Positions 38,611-48,609 are shown, counted from the first letter of the stretch. The stretch: DNA of 64,000 bases from Alphaproteobacteria bacterium (GCA_965214705.1 OZ243972.1:1088001-1152000); one strand, 5' to 3'. Program-made: numbers and translations. Notes: generated by a model not told the origin, from the sequence alone.

Positions 38611-39465
38611 ATGGATAGGCGTGACACGGCGCAACGGTTCCGTGAGCGGCTGCTCGAGGCCATGGAGAAGGGGCAGGTCAACCGGTCTACGCTCGCCGCG
38701 CGCATCGGCATCGACCGCTCCACGCTCTCGCAGCTTCTATCGGCCGAGGCCGACCGCCTGCCGCGCGCCGACACTGCCGCGGCGATCGCGTCCGCCCTCA
38801 ACGTGAGCCTCGACTGGCTGCTCGGGCTCAGTCAGCACACCAAGCTCGTCGCCGATATTCTGCAGGAATCGGTTGAGGTGAAGCCGAGCGCGGACGAGCC
38901 GGCAGATGAAAGCCTCGCCGCCTGGTACGCCGAGGCCGCCGGCTACAAGATCCGACACGTGCCGACCAGGCTCCCGGACCTGCTAAAGACCGAGGCGGTG
39001 CTGGACTACGAGTACCGCGATTTTGCCGCGAGGTCGGCCGACCGGGCGATCGCCATTTCCCACGGCCGCCTCGCGTATGTGCGGCTACCGGAGACGGACA
39101 TTGAGATCTGCATGTCGCGTCAGTCCATGGAATCCTTCACCCGTGCCGAGGGAATTTGGCGCGACCTTTCATTGTCGGCCAGGCACGAGCAGCTCGATCA
39201 CATGATCGGATTGATCGACGAGCTCTACCCCACGCTGCGCGTGTTCTTCTTCGACGGCCTCACCCATTTCTCCGTGCCCTACACGGTGTTCGGGCCGCAG
39301 CGGACGGTGGTTTATGTCGGGCAGATGTTTTTCGCCTTCAACACGATCGAGCATATCCGCGTGCTTACGCGCCACTTCGACGCCCTGGTGCGGGCCTCGA
39401 CCGTACCGGCCCATGTGGCCGGCGACTTCCTGCGCGAGTTGCGGCGGGAGCTGAACGGGAACTAA
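38611..39465 (+). CDS. XRE-family HTH transcriptional regulator with C-terminal sensor domain
   Basis: RSTLAARIGIDRSTLSQLL..LNVSLDWLLG. Confidence 0.88.
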   Translation: MDRRDTAQRFRERLLEAMEKGQVNRSTLAARIGIDRSTLSQLLSAEADRLPRADTAAAIASALNVSLDWLLGLSQHTKLVADILQESVEVKPSADEPADESLAAWYAEAAGYKIRHVPTRLPDLLKTEAVLDYEYRDFAARSADRAIAISHGRLAYVRLPETDIEICMSRQSMESFTRAEGIWRDLSLSARHEQLDHMIGLIDELYPTLRVFFFDGLTHFSVPYTVFGPQRTVVYVGQMFFAFNTIEHIRVLTRHFDALVRASTVPAHVAGDFLRELRRELNGN

Positions 39466-40778
39466 CGCTCGCGCCGCCAGCGGATTTCGTCGAGGGCGAG
39501 GCGGGCGCGGACGCCCAGGTAGGTGATGGGTGCCGGCGGTAGCGGGTCCGGCTTTCCCTGCGCCTCCAGATCGGCGATGAGCGCATTGTCCTGCCCGGTC
39601 GCCATGTCCGCCGCAAGCACGCCCGAGATGGTGCCCTTGGTGACTCCCACCCCGTTCTGGCAGACGGCGGCGAAGGTGTGAGGCCCCACCTTGCCGAAGC
39701 CCGGCGCGTGGTTGCGCGAGAGGCAGACGTAACCGCGCCAGGTGTGCTCGATCTTCACCTCCGGCAGCATGGGGAAGCGTGCCTCGAAGGCTCGTTGATG
39801 GTCGCGGCGGATCGTCGCCATCTCGGTGTCCGACCGCCTCAGCCTGGGCGCGTAGTAGAAGCGCTGGCGGATCAGGATGCGCCGCTCGGTGGTGTAGCGC
39901 ATGGTGACGCTGATGTGGGAGTTGGCCGGGGTGAGACCCCAGTCCTCCACGCCGCCGAGTGCCTGGTGCTCGGCCTCGGTCAGCGACCGGGTCAGGCTGC
40001 CGTGGGCGGCGAAGGTCAGCAGCTTGCCCTTGAAGGCGTCGAATTGCGGCGCATAGCCGTTGACCGCGAGCACCATGGCCTGGGCGTCCACAGTGCCGCC
40101 GGGGGTGGTCGCGCGAATGCCGTTCCGTTCCTCGATCTCCATCACCGGCGTGTGCTCGTGCAGCGTCACGTTTCCCGGCAGGGTGTCGGCGAGGCCCTTG
40201 GTCAGCCCCGCCGGGTTCATCAGCCGCCCGCCCGGCGTGTAGAGGGCCGACGTGTGATAAGACGTGCCGAGCTCTCGCTTGAGACTGGCGGCGTCAACCC
40301 AGCGATAGGGCTCACCCAGCGAATCAAGTGTGCGCGCGAAGGGCTCCAGGATTTTCTCGCGCCCGAGATCGGTGCGGGCGGCGTGGTACTTGCCGCGATG
40401 GGTGTAGGCGCACTCGATCCCGTTCTGCGCCACACAGGTGTCGAGATAGTCGATTGCCGCCCGGCTGAGGCGGATGTAGCCGTGCGCGCCGGAAAGCTCC
40501 TCGAACTCGCCGCCGACGTTGTGCGGCAGGTCGATGGCGAAGCCCGAGTTGCGCCCGGAGGCGCCTTCGCCCACCTCGTGCGCATCCAGCAACACGATGT
40601 GATCGTCGGGCCGGTTCTCGGCGAGCCGGCGCGCCGCGGCCAGGCCGGCGAAGCCCGCGCCAATCACCAGCCAGTCGGCCCGCACGTCGCCCTTGAGCGC
40701 GAGCGTGGGCTCCCGCGAGGGCAGGATGCGGCTCCAGCCGTTGGTGGCGTCTTCCTTGGGTAGAATCTTGACTGCCAT
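39462..40778 (-). CDS. FAD-dependent oxidoreductase (DAO/PuuB-like)
   Basis: VIGAGFAGLAAA, GASGRNSGF, CQNGVGVTKGT. Confidence 0.88.
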   Translation of the reverse strand: MAVKILPKEDATNGWSRILPSREPTLALKGDVRADWLVIGAGFAGLAAARRLAENRPDDHIVLLDAHEVGEGASGRNSGFAIDLPHNVGGEFEELSGAHGYIRLSRAAIDYLDTCVAQNGIECAYTHRGKYHAARTDLGREKILEPFARTLDSLGEPYRWVDAASLKRELGTSYHTSALYTPGGRLMNPAGLTKGLADTLPGNVTLHEHTPVMEIEERNGIRATTPGGTVDAQAMVLAVNGYAPQFDAFKGKLLTFAAHGSLTRSLTEAEHQALGGVEDWGLTPANSHISVTMRYTTERRILIRQRFYYAPRLRRSDTEMATIRRDHQRAFEARFPMLPEVKIEHTWRGYVCLSRNHAPGFGKVGPHTFAAVCQNGVGVTKGTISGVLAADMATGQDNALIADLEAQGKPDPLPPAPITYLGVRARLALDEIRWRRER

Positions 40779-40837
40779 GGGCTGGCCTCCGCGCGCGTGA
40801 TCGTGCCCGCCCGCTTATCCCACTACGCGGGCAAATT

Positions 40838-41677
40838 CTAGTTCGCGTTAGGGATGAAGAGGCGCTCGCCGTCGATGGTGAAGCCGTCGATCGCCGCTTG
40901 GCCTGCGGGCGAGATCAGCCAGTTGGCGAAGCGCCGGGCGGGCTCGGCCTTCACGTGCGGGTGCCGTTCCGGGCTCACCAGGGTGACGCCGTACTGGTTG
41001 CGCAGCCCGGCATCGCCATCCACCAGAATGCGCAGATCGAGCCCGCTCCGCATGGAGAGCCAGGTGCCGCGGTCGGCAAGCGTGTAGGCCTCCATCATCG
41101 TCGCCGTGTTGAGCGTCGCCCCCATGCCTTGGCCCGCCTCGCGATACCAGGTGCCCGACGCGCCGGTGGGGTCCACGCCGGCAGCCACCCAGAGCGCGCG
41201 CTCGCGCCGGTGGGTGCCGCTGTCGTCGCCTCGGCTAACGAAGGGCGCTTCCACCGCCGCGATGCTGGCGAGCGCCGCCGCTGCGTCTCCCGTGCCAGCG
41301 ATCCCGGCCGGATCGCTTGCCGGCCCCACCACCACAAAGTCGTTGTACATCAGGTCGAAGCGCGCGCTGCCGTAGCCCTCGGCAACGAAGGCCTCCTCGG
41401 ACGGCCTGTCGTGCACCAGCAAGAGGTCCGCATCGCCGTTCCGCGCGAGCCGAAGCGCCTGGCCGGTGCCGACCGCGACAACCCGCACCTCGATCGCGGT
41501 CTCCGCCTCGAACAGCGGCAACAGGTGGTCGAAGAGGCCGGCGTTCTGGGTCGACGTGGTCGAGGCGACGGTGATGAATTCGCCGGCCCGCGCGCCCGGC
41601 GCTGCGAACAAGAGCGCGAGGGCGAACGCCGCGCAGAGTCGGAAGACGCGGCCTCGAGAACGGCCGGGCAGTCGCAT
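40838..41677 (-). CDS. tupA: Tungstate ABC transporter substrate-binding protein
   Basis: Signal peptide, ASTTSTQNAGL, VGTGQAL, MYNDFVVVGP, FVSRGDDSGTH. Confidence 0.9.
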   Translation of the reverse strand: MRLPGRSRGRVFRLCAAFALALLFAAPGARAGEFITVASTTSTQNAGLFDHLLPLFEAETAIEVRVVAVGTGQALRLARNGDADLLLVHDRPSEEAFVAEGYGSARFDLMYNDFVVVGPASDPAGIAGTGDAAAALASIAAVEAPFVSRGDDSGTHRRERALWVAAGVDPTGASGTWYREAGQGMGATLNTATMMEAYTLADRGTWLSMRSGLDLRILVDGDAGLRNQYGVTLVSPERHPHVKAEPARRFANWLISPAGQAAIDGFTIDGERLFIPNAN

Positions 41678-41694
41678 GGGTAGCGTTCTCTGGG

Positions 41695-42450
41695 TCAGGC
41701 TCTGGGCGGGGTGAGCTCGCGGCGCTCCCACCACAAGAGTTCTCCGCGCAGGAAGGCGCTGGCGAGCTCGTTCTGGGGCCCCGCGAAGAAAGTGTCGGCC
41801 GCCGCGTGCTCCAACAGGCGACCGCGATGCAGGAACATCACCTCGTCCGCAAGCCGCCGCGCCTGGCCGAGATCGTGGGTGGTCATGATGATCTTGGTGC
41901 CCTCCTGGGCCATCGCCTCGATCACGCCCTCTATCACGTGGGTCGCCGCCGGGTCGAGATTGGCGGTCGGCTCGTCGAGGAAGAGCACCTGCGGGTGCAG
42001 CGCCCACGAGCGCGCGAGCGCGAGGCGCTGCTGCTCGCCGAAGGAGAGAACGCGCGCCGGCACCCGCGCAAAGGCGCCGAGCCCGGTGCGCTCCAGCGCG
42101 TCCGCGATGAGTTGCCGGCGCTCGGGCCGGGGGATGCGGCGCAGGCTGAGCGCGAAGTCGATATTGGCGGCGACCGAGCGGCGCAGCATCACCGGCCGCT
42201 GCATTACCATCGCCTGGAAGCGCAGCGGATCGCGGCCGGCCGCGCCATGCCACAGCACCTCGCCCTCGCTCGGTGCGATCAACCCGTGGCAGAGCCGGAG
42301 CAGGAGACTCTTTCCGGCACCGTTGGGCCCCATGATGATCGTCTTCGGCCCTGCGGCGACGCGGACCGAAATTGTCTTGAGCAGCCGCTGCCGGTCGCGC
42401 TCGAAGCTCACGCCGCGAAGCTCCAGCGGCAGAATCGAGGTGGTCGTCAT
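41695..42450 (-). CDS. tupC: Tungstate ABC transporter ATPase
   Basis: GPNGAGKS, LSFGEQQR, LDEPTANLDP. Confidence 0.88.
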   Translation of the reverse strand: MTTTSILPLELRGVSFERDRQRLLKTISVRVAAGPKTIIMGPNGAGKSLLLRLCHGLIAPSEGEVLWHGAAGRDPLRFQAMVMQRPVMLRRSVAANIDFALSLRRIPRPERRQLIADALERTGLGAFARVPARVLSFGEQQRLALARSWALHPQVLFLDEPTANLDPAATHVIEGVIEAMAQEGTKIIMTTHDLGQARRLADEVMFLHRGRLLEHAAADTFFAGPQNELASAFLRGELLWWERRELTPPRA

Positions 42451-43154
42451 CGCGGCCGTCCCTGCGCCAGCGTGCCGCGCAGCAGCGCGGCGGCGGCGCT
42501 CACCGCGATCGAGAGCGCCACCAGGACGATGCCGAGGCCAAGCGCCAGCGCCAGGTCGCCCTTGGAAACCTCAAGCGCGATCGCCGTGGTCATGACGCGG
42601 GTCACGTGGTCGATGTTGCCGCCCACGATCATCACCGCACCGACCTCCGCGATGGCGCGGCCGAAGCCCGCGAGTACGGCGGTAAGCAGGCTCACGCGCC
42701 CGTCCCAGAGCAGCGCCATCAGCGCGCGCCGCGGCGTCGCACCCAGCGAGCGGAGCTGCTCCTCGTACTCGACCCACAGATCCTCGATCACCTGCCGGGC
42801 GAGCGCCGCGATGATCGGGGTCACCAGCAGCACCTGGGCGATGACCATCGCGGTCGGCGTGAAGAGCAGCCCGAGCACGCCGAGCGGGCCTGCGCGCGAG
42901 AGCACGAGGTAGACCAGCAAGCCCACCACCACCGGCGGCAGGCCCATCAAGGCGTTGAGGATGACGACGATCGCCCCTCGGCCGGGGAAGCGGAAGAGCG
43001 CCACCGCCGCGCCCAGGGGCAGGCCGATGACGCTCGCCACCGCCACGGCGCCGACGCTGACCTGGAGCGAAAGCAGCACGATCTCGCCCAGGTCGCTGTC
43101 GAGGTGATAGACGAGGGAGAAGGCCGCCGCGAAGGCCTCGGCGATGTCGGTCAC
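42447..43154 (-). CDS. tupB: Tungstate ABC transporter permease
   Basis: NALMGLPPVVVGL, AGFGRAIAEVGAVMIVGGNI, TRVMTTAIALE. Confidence 0.92.
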   Translation of the reverse strand: MTDIAEAFAAAFSLVYHLDSDLGEIVLLSLQVSVGAVAVASVIGLPLGAAVALFRFPGRGAIVVILNALMGLPPVVVGLLVYLVLSRAGPLGVLGLLFTPTAMVIAQVLLVTPIIAALARQVIEDLWVEYEEQLRSLGATPRRALMALLWDGRVSLLTAVLAGFGRAIAEVGAVMIVGGNIDHVTRVMTTAIALEVSKGDLALALGLGIVLVALSIAVSAAAALLRGTLAQGRPR

Positions 43155-43303
43155 GCTGGCGTCCTACCGCCCTCTGAGGTGAGTGCCGGCCGCCGCGAGG
43201 CGCCGGTACATGCCATGGTCCCAACAGCGCGCGCGGAACGCAACCGCCCGCCGCCTCACCGCACTGAGGGCGCGCGGGCCGCGAATACGGCGAGCGAGCC
43301 GGG

Positions 43304-44383
43304 CTACGCGACCTTGGGCAGCACCTCGTTCTTGAGCAACGCCATGGACTGGTGCCAGTCTTCGTAGGGCTCCCAGTCGTGGCCCATGGCGAGCAGGGTG
43401 CCGAAGGGACCGATCTCGCCCCTGAGGTCGTTCAGCTTCTGCGCCACCTCGTCGACACTGCCCACGATGAAGACGTTGTCCACCAGGTAGTCGATGGTCA
43501 CGTCGCTGTCTGCCATGTCCTGATCGTTCTTCAGCAACTTGAGCATGCCGACTTTAGGCAGGAGCCGGAAGAAGTAGTCGCGGAAATCGCGGGCGAGGAC
43601 CCCTTCGCACGCGAGCTTGCGGGCCTTGGCGCTGGTTTCCGCCACCACGACCTCGCGGGCCACGCGCCACTCGCTGGCGTCGGGGGCGCGGCCCGCCTCC
43701 TCAGCGCCGTCGGCGATCGCGTCCCAATGGGTCTTGAGCAGCACCGGGGGCACGAGGTTGATGGACATGGGCATCCAGCCCTTCACCGCGGCCATCTTGA
43801 GCGTGGACGAGCGTGGCGAGACGCCGGCGACGCCGATCGGCGGATGCGGCTTCTGATAGGGGCGAACATGCGCACGCAGCCCGTAATCGGTAACGGTCTC
43901 GGGGATGAGGAAGCGAAAGCCGTCGCTCTCGTAGACGCCGGGCTCGGGGTCGGTCCACAGCTTCAGGATCGTGTCGAGCGCGGCACGGGTGTAGCTCTGG
44001 TTGTTGATGGCGGGGTTCTCGCCCCAGTAGCCGAAGACCTGCATGTCGCCGGGAAAGCTGCCGGTGCCGACGCCCCAGTTGAAGCGGCCCTCCGCCATGT
44101 GATCCAGCTGCGCGATCCGGTGGGCGAGCACGAAGGGATCGTGGTTCGGGATGCAGCTGACGCCTGTGCCCAGCCTGATCTGCTTGGTCAGCGGGATCGC
44201 CTGCGCGATGAGCAAGTCCGGCGCCGGGATGTTCTCCCACTCCGACGTGAAGTGCTCCCCGATCCAGACCTCGGCATAACCCAGCTCGTCGAGCTTGACG
44301 ATCTGGTCCAGGTCCGCCTTGAGCGTCTCGGTGAAGTTCGCGCCCGGCGGGTGCAGCGGCATGGTGAAGAGACCGAGTTGCAT
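43304..44383 (-). CDS. LLM-class flavin-dependent monooxygenase
   Basis: GLFTMPLHPP, WIGEHF, RIAQLDHMAEGR, PYQKPHPP. Confidence 0.88.
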   Translation of the reverse strand: MQLGLFTMPLHPPGANFTETLKADLDQIVKLDELGYAEVWIGEHFTSEWENIPAPDLLIAQAIPLTKQIRLGTGVSCIPNHDPFVLAHRIAQLDHMAEGRFNWGVGTGSFPGDMQVFGYWGENPAINNQSYTRAALDTILKLWTDPEPGVYESDGFRFLIPETVTDYGLRAHVRPYQKPHPPIGVAGVSPRSSTLKMAAVKGWMPMSINLVPPVLLKTHWDAIADGAEEAGRAPDASEWRVAREVVVAETSAKARKLACEGVLARDFRDYFFRLLPKVGMLKLLKNDQDMADSDVTIDYLVDNVFIVGSVDEVAQKLNDLRGEIGPFGTLLAMGHDWEPYEDWHQSMALLKNEVLPKVA

Positions 44384-44461
44384 CGAACACACTCCAACAT
44401 TGAGGCTCACGGATGCACGCAGCATAGCGAGCGCGCCGTTGTGCCGCCAACCGGGGCGGCG

Positions 44462-45415
44462 TCAGCTCGGCGGCGGGGCGCCGGCCTTGGCGGCGATGGT
44501 CTCCCGCGCCACCCTGGCCTCGCGATAGGCGAGGTAGAGCGTGCTCACGAAGATGACGATGCCGCCGATCCAGACATAGAGCACCGGCACCTCGTTGAAG
44601 AGCAAATAGCCGTAGAGCGACGCCCAGATCAGGCGGAGGAAATCGACCGGGAGTACGACCGTGGCATCGGCCTCGCGGAAGGCCTGGGCGAGGCAGAGAT
44701 GGGCGAGGGTGCCGAAGCTCCCCATCAGCGCGAACCAGCCGAGGTCTTCGAGCGAGGGCCATTGCCAGACGAAGGCCGCTGCGATCGACGAGAGCGTCGT
44801 GAGGAAGACCGCCATGTAGGCGGTCATCGTGAGACTCGATTCCGTGCGGGACAGCAGCTTGATGATGATCATCGCGCCGGCCCAGACGGCAGACGAGCCG
44901 AGCACCAGCAGCGAGCCGGGGTCGAGCGCCACCATCCCCGGACGAACAATGATCAGCGCCCCGGCGAAGCCCGCGATGAGTGCGACGATGCGACGGACGC
45001 GCACCACCTCGCCCAGCAGCAGCACCGCGCCCACGGTGACGAAGAGCGGCGCGGTGAAGCTCAGTGCCGCGACGGTGCCGAGCGGCGTGATCGGGACCGC
45101 ATAGAAGAACATCATCATGGCCGAGACGTGGATCGCCCCGCGTGCGGCGTGGAGCGGGAGCTTCTGCGTGCGCAGGGCGCTGAGGCCGTGGCGCAGCAGA
45201 AAGGGTGCGATGAACAGCAGGCCGAAGAGATTTCGGAAGAACGCGATTTCGAAGGCATGCTGCTCGCTCGATGCGATGCGGATCACTGCGTGCATCGACG
45301 CGAAGCCGATGGTGGCCCCCAGCAGCAGCAACATGCCGCGCGCCGGCGGCGGCAGGGTGTAGTAGGCGGCGAGCAGCTGCGCGAGCGGCCCGGCCCGCGG
45401 AGGCTCAGCCCGCAT
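44462..45415 (-). CDS. DMT/EamA-family transporter
   Basis: About 10 TM helices, EIAFFRNLFG, FTAPLF, LGEVVRVRR; start uncertain. Confidence 0.88.
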   Translation of the reverse strand: MRAEPPRAGPLAQLLAAYYTLPPPARGMLLLLGATIGFASMHAVIRIASSEQHAFEIAFFRNLFGLLFIAPFLLRHGLSALRTQKLPLHAARGAIHVSAMMMFFYAVPITPLGTVAALSFTAPLFVTVGAVLLLGEVVRVRRIVALIAGFAGALIIVRPGMVALDPGSLLVLGSSAVWAGAMIIIKLLSRTESSLTMTAYMAVFLTTLSSIAAAFVWQWPSLEDLGWFALMGSFGTLAHLCLAQAFREADATVVLPVDFLRLIWASLYGYLLFNEVPVLYVWIGGIVIFVSTLYLAYREARVARETIAAKAGAPPPS

Positions 45416-45665
45416 GTCGGGTCATGGTCTGCGCGGCGTCGTCAGGCCGACAGAGCAGGAAAGCCGCGCAGCGCGATGTGGTGCATCGGGCAAGCGGTTT
45501 GACGCACTCTGTCGGCCTAAGGACGCCGCCCTTCGGGTCGCGCCCAGGCGCCCGCCCACGTCGTCGCGGGCCTCAACCGTATTCCCCGATACGCTTTTCG
45601 GCCCGCTCCTTGCGGATCGAACGCCTGGACGCGACGCAGGCCGTGACCCTGGTGAGAAGTGCGGG
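45409..45665. repeat. Nested inverted-repeat (three-way junction) element; MITE-like or structured ncRNA
   Basis: Stems 45419-45433/45635-45649, 45433-45455/45507-45529 (21/23), 45537-45550/45622-45635 (13/14), outer 45409-45415/45659-45665. Confidence 0.65.
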
Positions 45666-46055
45666 TTAAGGACGCGGCTTCTCCTCGGTCGGGCCGCCCG
45701 CCTCCTTCCACGCGCCGAAGCCGCCGGCGATGTGCGCAACTGGCGCGAGGCCCATGTTCTGCGCCGCCTGCGTGGCCAGAGCCGAGCGCATGCCGCCCGC
45801 GCAGAAGAAGACGAACTTCTTGCCGCTCGCGAAGAAGGGCTTGTGGTAGGGGCTCTCGGGATCGATCCAGAACTCGATCATGCCCCGCGGCACATGGCGC
45901 GCGCCGGGGACGGCCCCCTCGCGCCACAGCTCCCGAATGTCACGGATGTCGACGAGCTCGACGCCCTCGTCGTCCACCAGCGCGATGGCGTCGGCGGCCG
46001 AGAGCGTCTCGATCTCGGCCTCGGCCACGAGCTGCTTGATTCCCTTGGTAATCAT
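45666..46055 (-). CDS. Single-domain rhodanese-like protein
   Basis: VDIRDIRE, PRGMIEF, FCAGGMRSALA, GGFGAW; GGAGGAG RBS. Confidence 0.9.
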   Translation of the reverse strand: MITKGIKQLVAEAEIETLSAADAIALVDDEGVELVDIRDIRELWREGAVPGARHVPRGMIEFWIDPESPYHKPFFASGKKFVFFCAGGMRSALATQAAQNMGLAPVAHIAGGFGAWKEAGGPTEEKPRP

Positions 46056-46139
46056 GGCTCCTCCCTGCGGTGCCCTGGAGCGCCGCGATGATGGCCGATG
46101 CCGGCTGCCGGCACCAGCGCTGCGCACCTTCGGTTTGCG

Positions 46140-47102
46140 TTACGCCGCGTCTCCTGGCCTCGACGACGTCTCCAGTGCCGCCAGTAGTGCGAGAAGCCGC
46201 GTATCGCGCTCGGCCGCGAGCGTCGGGATCGATTGGCCGTCCAGCATGTCGTCCACCGCGTGGCTCATGGTCTCGATCGCGGCCTCATCAAGGCGCGGCG
46301 TGCCGGAATCCGCCCACCAGCGTTCCAGCCCCGGCCCGAAGTGGTTGAGCGCCCCGCGCGTGCCGCCCTCGCCGCCGGCTAAGTGCATGGTGAGGAACGG
46401 CCCCATGAAGGCCCAGCGGAGCCCTGGGCCGTGGGAAACCGCCGCGTCGATATCGGCGGCGCTGGCTGCGCCCGAAAGCAGCAGATGAAAGGCCTCGCGC
46501 AGGAGCGCTGCCTGCAGCCGGTTGGCGATGTGGCCCGGCACCTCGCGCTCCACCCGGATCGCCCGCTTGCCGTGGGCGTTGTAGAAGGCGAGCGTCCAGT
46601 CGACCGTGGCCGGGTCGGTGTCGCGCCCGCCCACCACCTCGACCAGGGGGACGAGATGGGGCGGGTTGAAGGGGTGGCCGACGACGAAGCGCGGGCCGCT
46701 GCGCAGGCCCTCCTGAAGCTCGCTGATCAGCAAGCCCGACGTGCTCGATGCGAGCACCGCGTCCGGCGTGAGCGCCCCGTCGATGCGCCGGTAGAGCGCG
46801 CGCTTGAGGGCCGTGTCTTCCGGCGCGTTCTCCTGCACGAAGACCGCGCCGTCCACGGCGTCCTCGGGGTCTGCGACCACGCGAACCCGGCCGGGATCGG
46901 CGCCATTCGCCAGGCCGAGCCGTTCCATCGCGGGCCAGGTAGCGTCGACGAAAGCGCGGAGGCGCTCAGCGGTGCCGGGCGCCGGATCCCAGGCCGTGAC
47001 CGAGAAGCCGCGCGCCAGAAAATACGTCGCCCAACTCGCGCCGATGGTGCCGGTGCCGAGCAGTGCGATCGTGCTGACCGCCGCAGGTGCGGGCCGTGCC
47101 AT
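46140..47102 (-). CDS. 3-hydroxyacyl-CoA dehydrogenase family (carnitine dehydrogenase-like)
   Basis: GTGTIGASW, QENAPE, SSTSG, GHPFNPPHLVPLVEVV, GPGLRWAFMGP. Confidence 0.88.
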   Translation of the reverse strand: MARPAPAAVSTIALLGTGTIGASWATYFLARGFSVTAWDPAPGTAERLRAFVDATWPAMERLGLANGADPGRVRVVADPEDAVDGAVFVQENAPEDTALKRALYRRIDGALTPDAVLASSTSGLLISELQEGLRSGPRFVVGHPFNPPHLVPLVEVVGGRDTDPATVDWTLAFYNAHGKRAIRVEREVPGHIANRLQAALLREAFHLLLSGAASAADIDAAVSHGPGLRWAFMGPFLTMHLAGGEGGTRGALNHFGPGLERWWADSGTPRLDEAAIETMSHAVDDMLDGQSIPTLAAERDTRLLALLAALETSSRPGDAA

Positions 47103-47250
47103 GGGAGCCTCCTTCGCCTGCCGGCGGGACGTTCACGGAGTGGTTCAGTCGAATTAAGGGCTGGGCGCTGCCGCCCGGCGCTGTATATACCGATCGAGCC
47201 CGGCAATCGAGGGAACGGGGCGCGGCAGTGCGCTGCCGAGGGAGGACGTG

Positions 47251-47670
47251 ATGGCGGACAAGGTGGTGAAGACGGATGCGGAATGGCGTGCGGCGCTGAC
47301 CGAGGAACAGTATTACGTGACCCGGAAGGGGGGCACCGAGCGGCCCTTCACGGGTGCCTACTGCGACGAGAAGACGCCTGGCGAGTATGCCTGCGTCTGC
47401 TGTGGCGCCGCCCTCTTCAGCTCCGGCGACAAGTTCGATTCCGGCACCGGCTGGCCGAGCTTCACGAGGCCGGTCGATCCGGGGAACGTCGGCTCGTTGG
47501 AGGACATGAGCTACGGCATGCGCCGGACCGAGGTGGTGTGCAGCCGGTGCGACGCGCATCTGGGCCACGTCTTCCCGGACGGGCCGGCGCCCACGGGCTT
47601 ACGCTACTGCATGAACTCCGCCGCGCTCGTGCTTACACCCAAGGACGACGGCGGGGCGGGAGGGACTTAG
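47251..47670 (+). CDS. msrB: Peptide methionine sulfoxide reductase B
   Basis: [39 protein letters not shown]. Confidence 0.96.
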   Translation: MADKVVKTDAEWRAALTEEQYYVTRKGGTERPFTGAYCDEKTPGEYACVCCGAALFSSGDKFDSGTGWPSFTRPVDPGNVGSLEDMSYGMRRTEVVCSRCDAHLGHVFPDGPAPTGLRYCMNSAALVLTPKDDGGAGGT

Positions 47671-47682
47671 CCAAGCCGGGAC

Positions 47683-48609
47683 TCAGGCGTCTCTCGACGA
47701 CGCGGTCTCCCGCACGATTCCCCGGAAGCGCCCGAACGGCGAGAGGTCGTCGGAGGAGCGCCGCGACACCATTCCGGTGCGGTGACGATAGGTGCCGAAC
47801 GTCACCGGCAGGGGCTTGAGTGGATGTCCGGGCAAACGCTCCAGGAAGGTCAGCGACAGCCAGGAGAGGTAGGGGCCTGCCGCCATCAGGAACAGTCCGG
47901 CGGAACCGGCGCGTGTGACGGTCTTCACCCGCTGGCCGGTTCTCTCGTAGAGCTGGTCGAGGACTCCGGCCAGCGAAGGCCGACCGTTGGCGGCGTCCGC
48001 CCGCATGGGTGCGTCGAAGTCGATCCACGGGTATTGGACAAGCGCGTCATCGCTCACCGTTCCGGAATGGAGCGGATGGTCCTTGTGGGCGACGATGCCC
48101 CACGTCATGTCGATGAAGCGTTCGCTCTTGAGGAACTGCGGCAAGGGTTCGTTGCTGTTGATTCCGCCGCAGTGGATGTCGCTATCGCCGTTGGCCAGGA
48201 GGCGAACACCTTCGGTCATTGGAAGGGTCTTCAGCTTGAGTTCCACGCCGGGGCAGGTCTCGTGGAACTTGGCGATCGCATCGGGAAGCACGGCCCGCAT
48301 CCACATGGGGCCAGCCGTGACGCGCAAGCTGCCAGTGCGGCCCGCGAGCGTGGCGGTGATCTTCTCTTCGGCAGCTTCGATTTCGTAGAGGATATGGCGT
48401 GCCAGATCCGCGACGACGGCGCCGAGCGGCGTGAGCCGAACGCCCGTGGACATGCGGTCGAACAGCCGGCCTCCGAACTGGCGCTCGAGCCGTGCGACCA
48501 CGCGCGAGAGGGCGGGTTGCGTGATGCCGAGCTTGTCGGCGGCGGAGAGGATGGCGCCTGTCTCGGCAACGGCAAGGAACTTGATCAGATCGTTGCGCTT
48601 CTCAAACAT
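47683..48609 (-). CDS. LysR-family regulator
   Basis: FLAVAETGAILSAADKLGITQPALSR, LFDR..GVRLT. Confidence 0.92.
   Translation of the reverse strand: MFEKRNDLIKFLAVAETGAILSAADKLGITQPALSRVVARLERQFGGRLFDRMSTGVRLTPLGAVVADLARHILYEIEAAEEKITATLAGRTGSLRVTAGPMWMRAVLPDAIAKFHETCPGVELKLKTLPMTEGVRLLANGDSDIHCGGINSNEPLPQFLKSERFIDMTWGIVAHKDHPLHSGTVSDDALVQYPWIDFDAPMRADAANGRPSLAGVLDQLYERTGQRVKTVTRAGSAGLFLMAAGPYLSWLSLTFLERLPGHPLKPLPVTFGTYRHRTGMVSRRSSDDLSPFGRFRGIVRETASSRDA

Noticed and set aside
45416-45665. FMN riboswitch before an EamA (RibN-like) transporter
   Set aside because: Conserved FMN aptamer segments are absent on the minus strand
46014-46030. Apparent short deletion in the rhodanese N-terminus at a GCCGAG repeat
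   Set aside because: In frame, active site intact, and cannot be verified without an alignment
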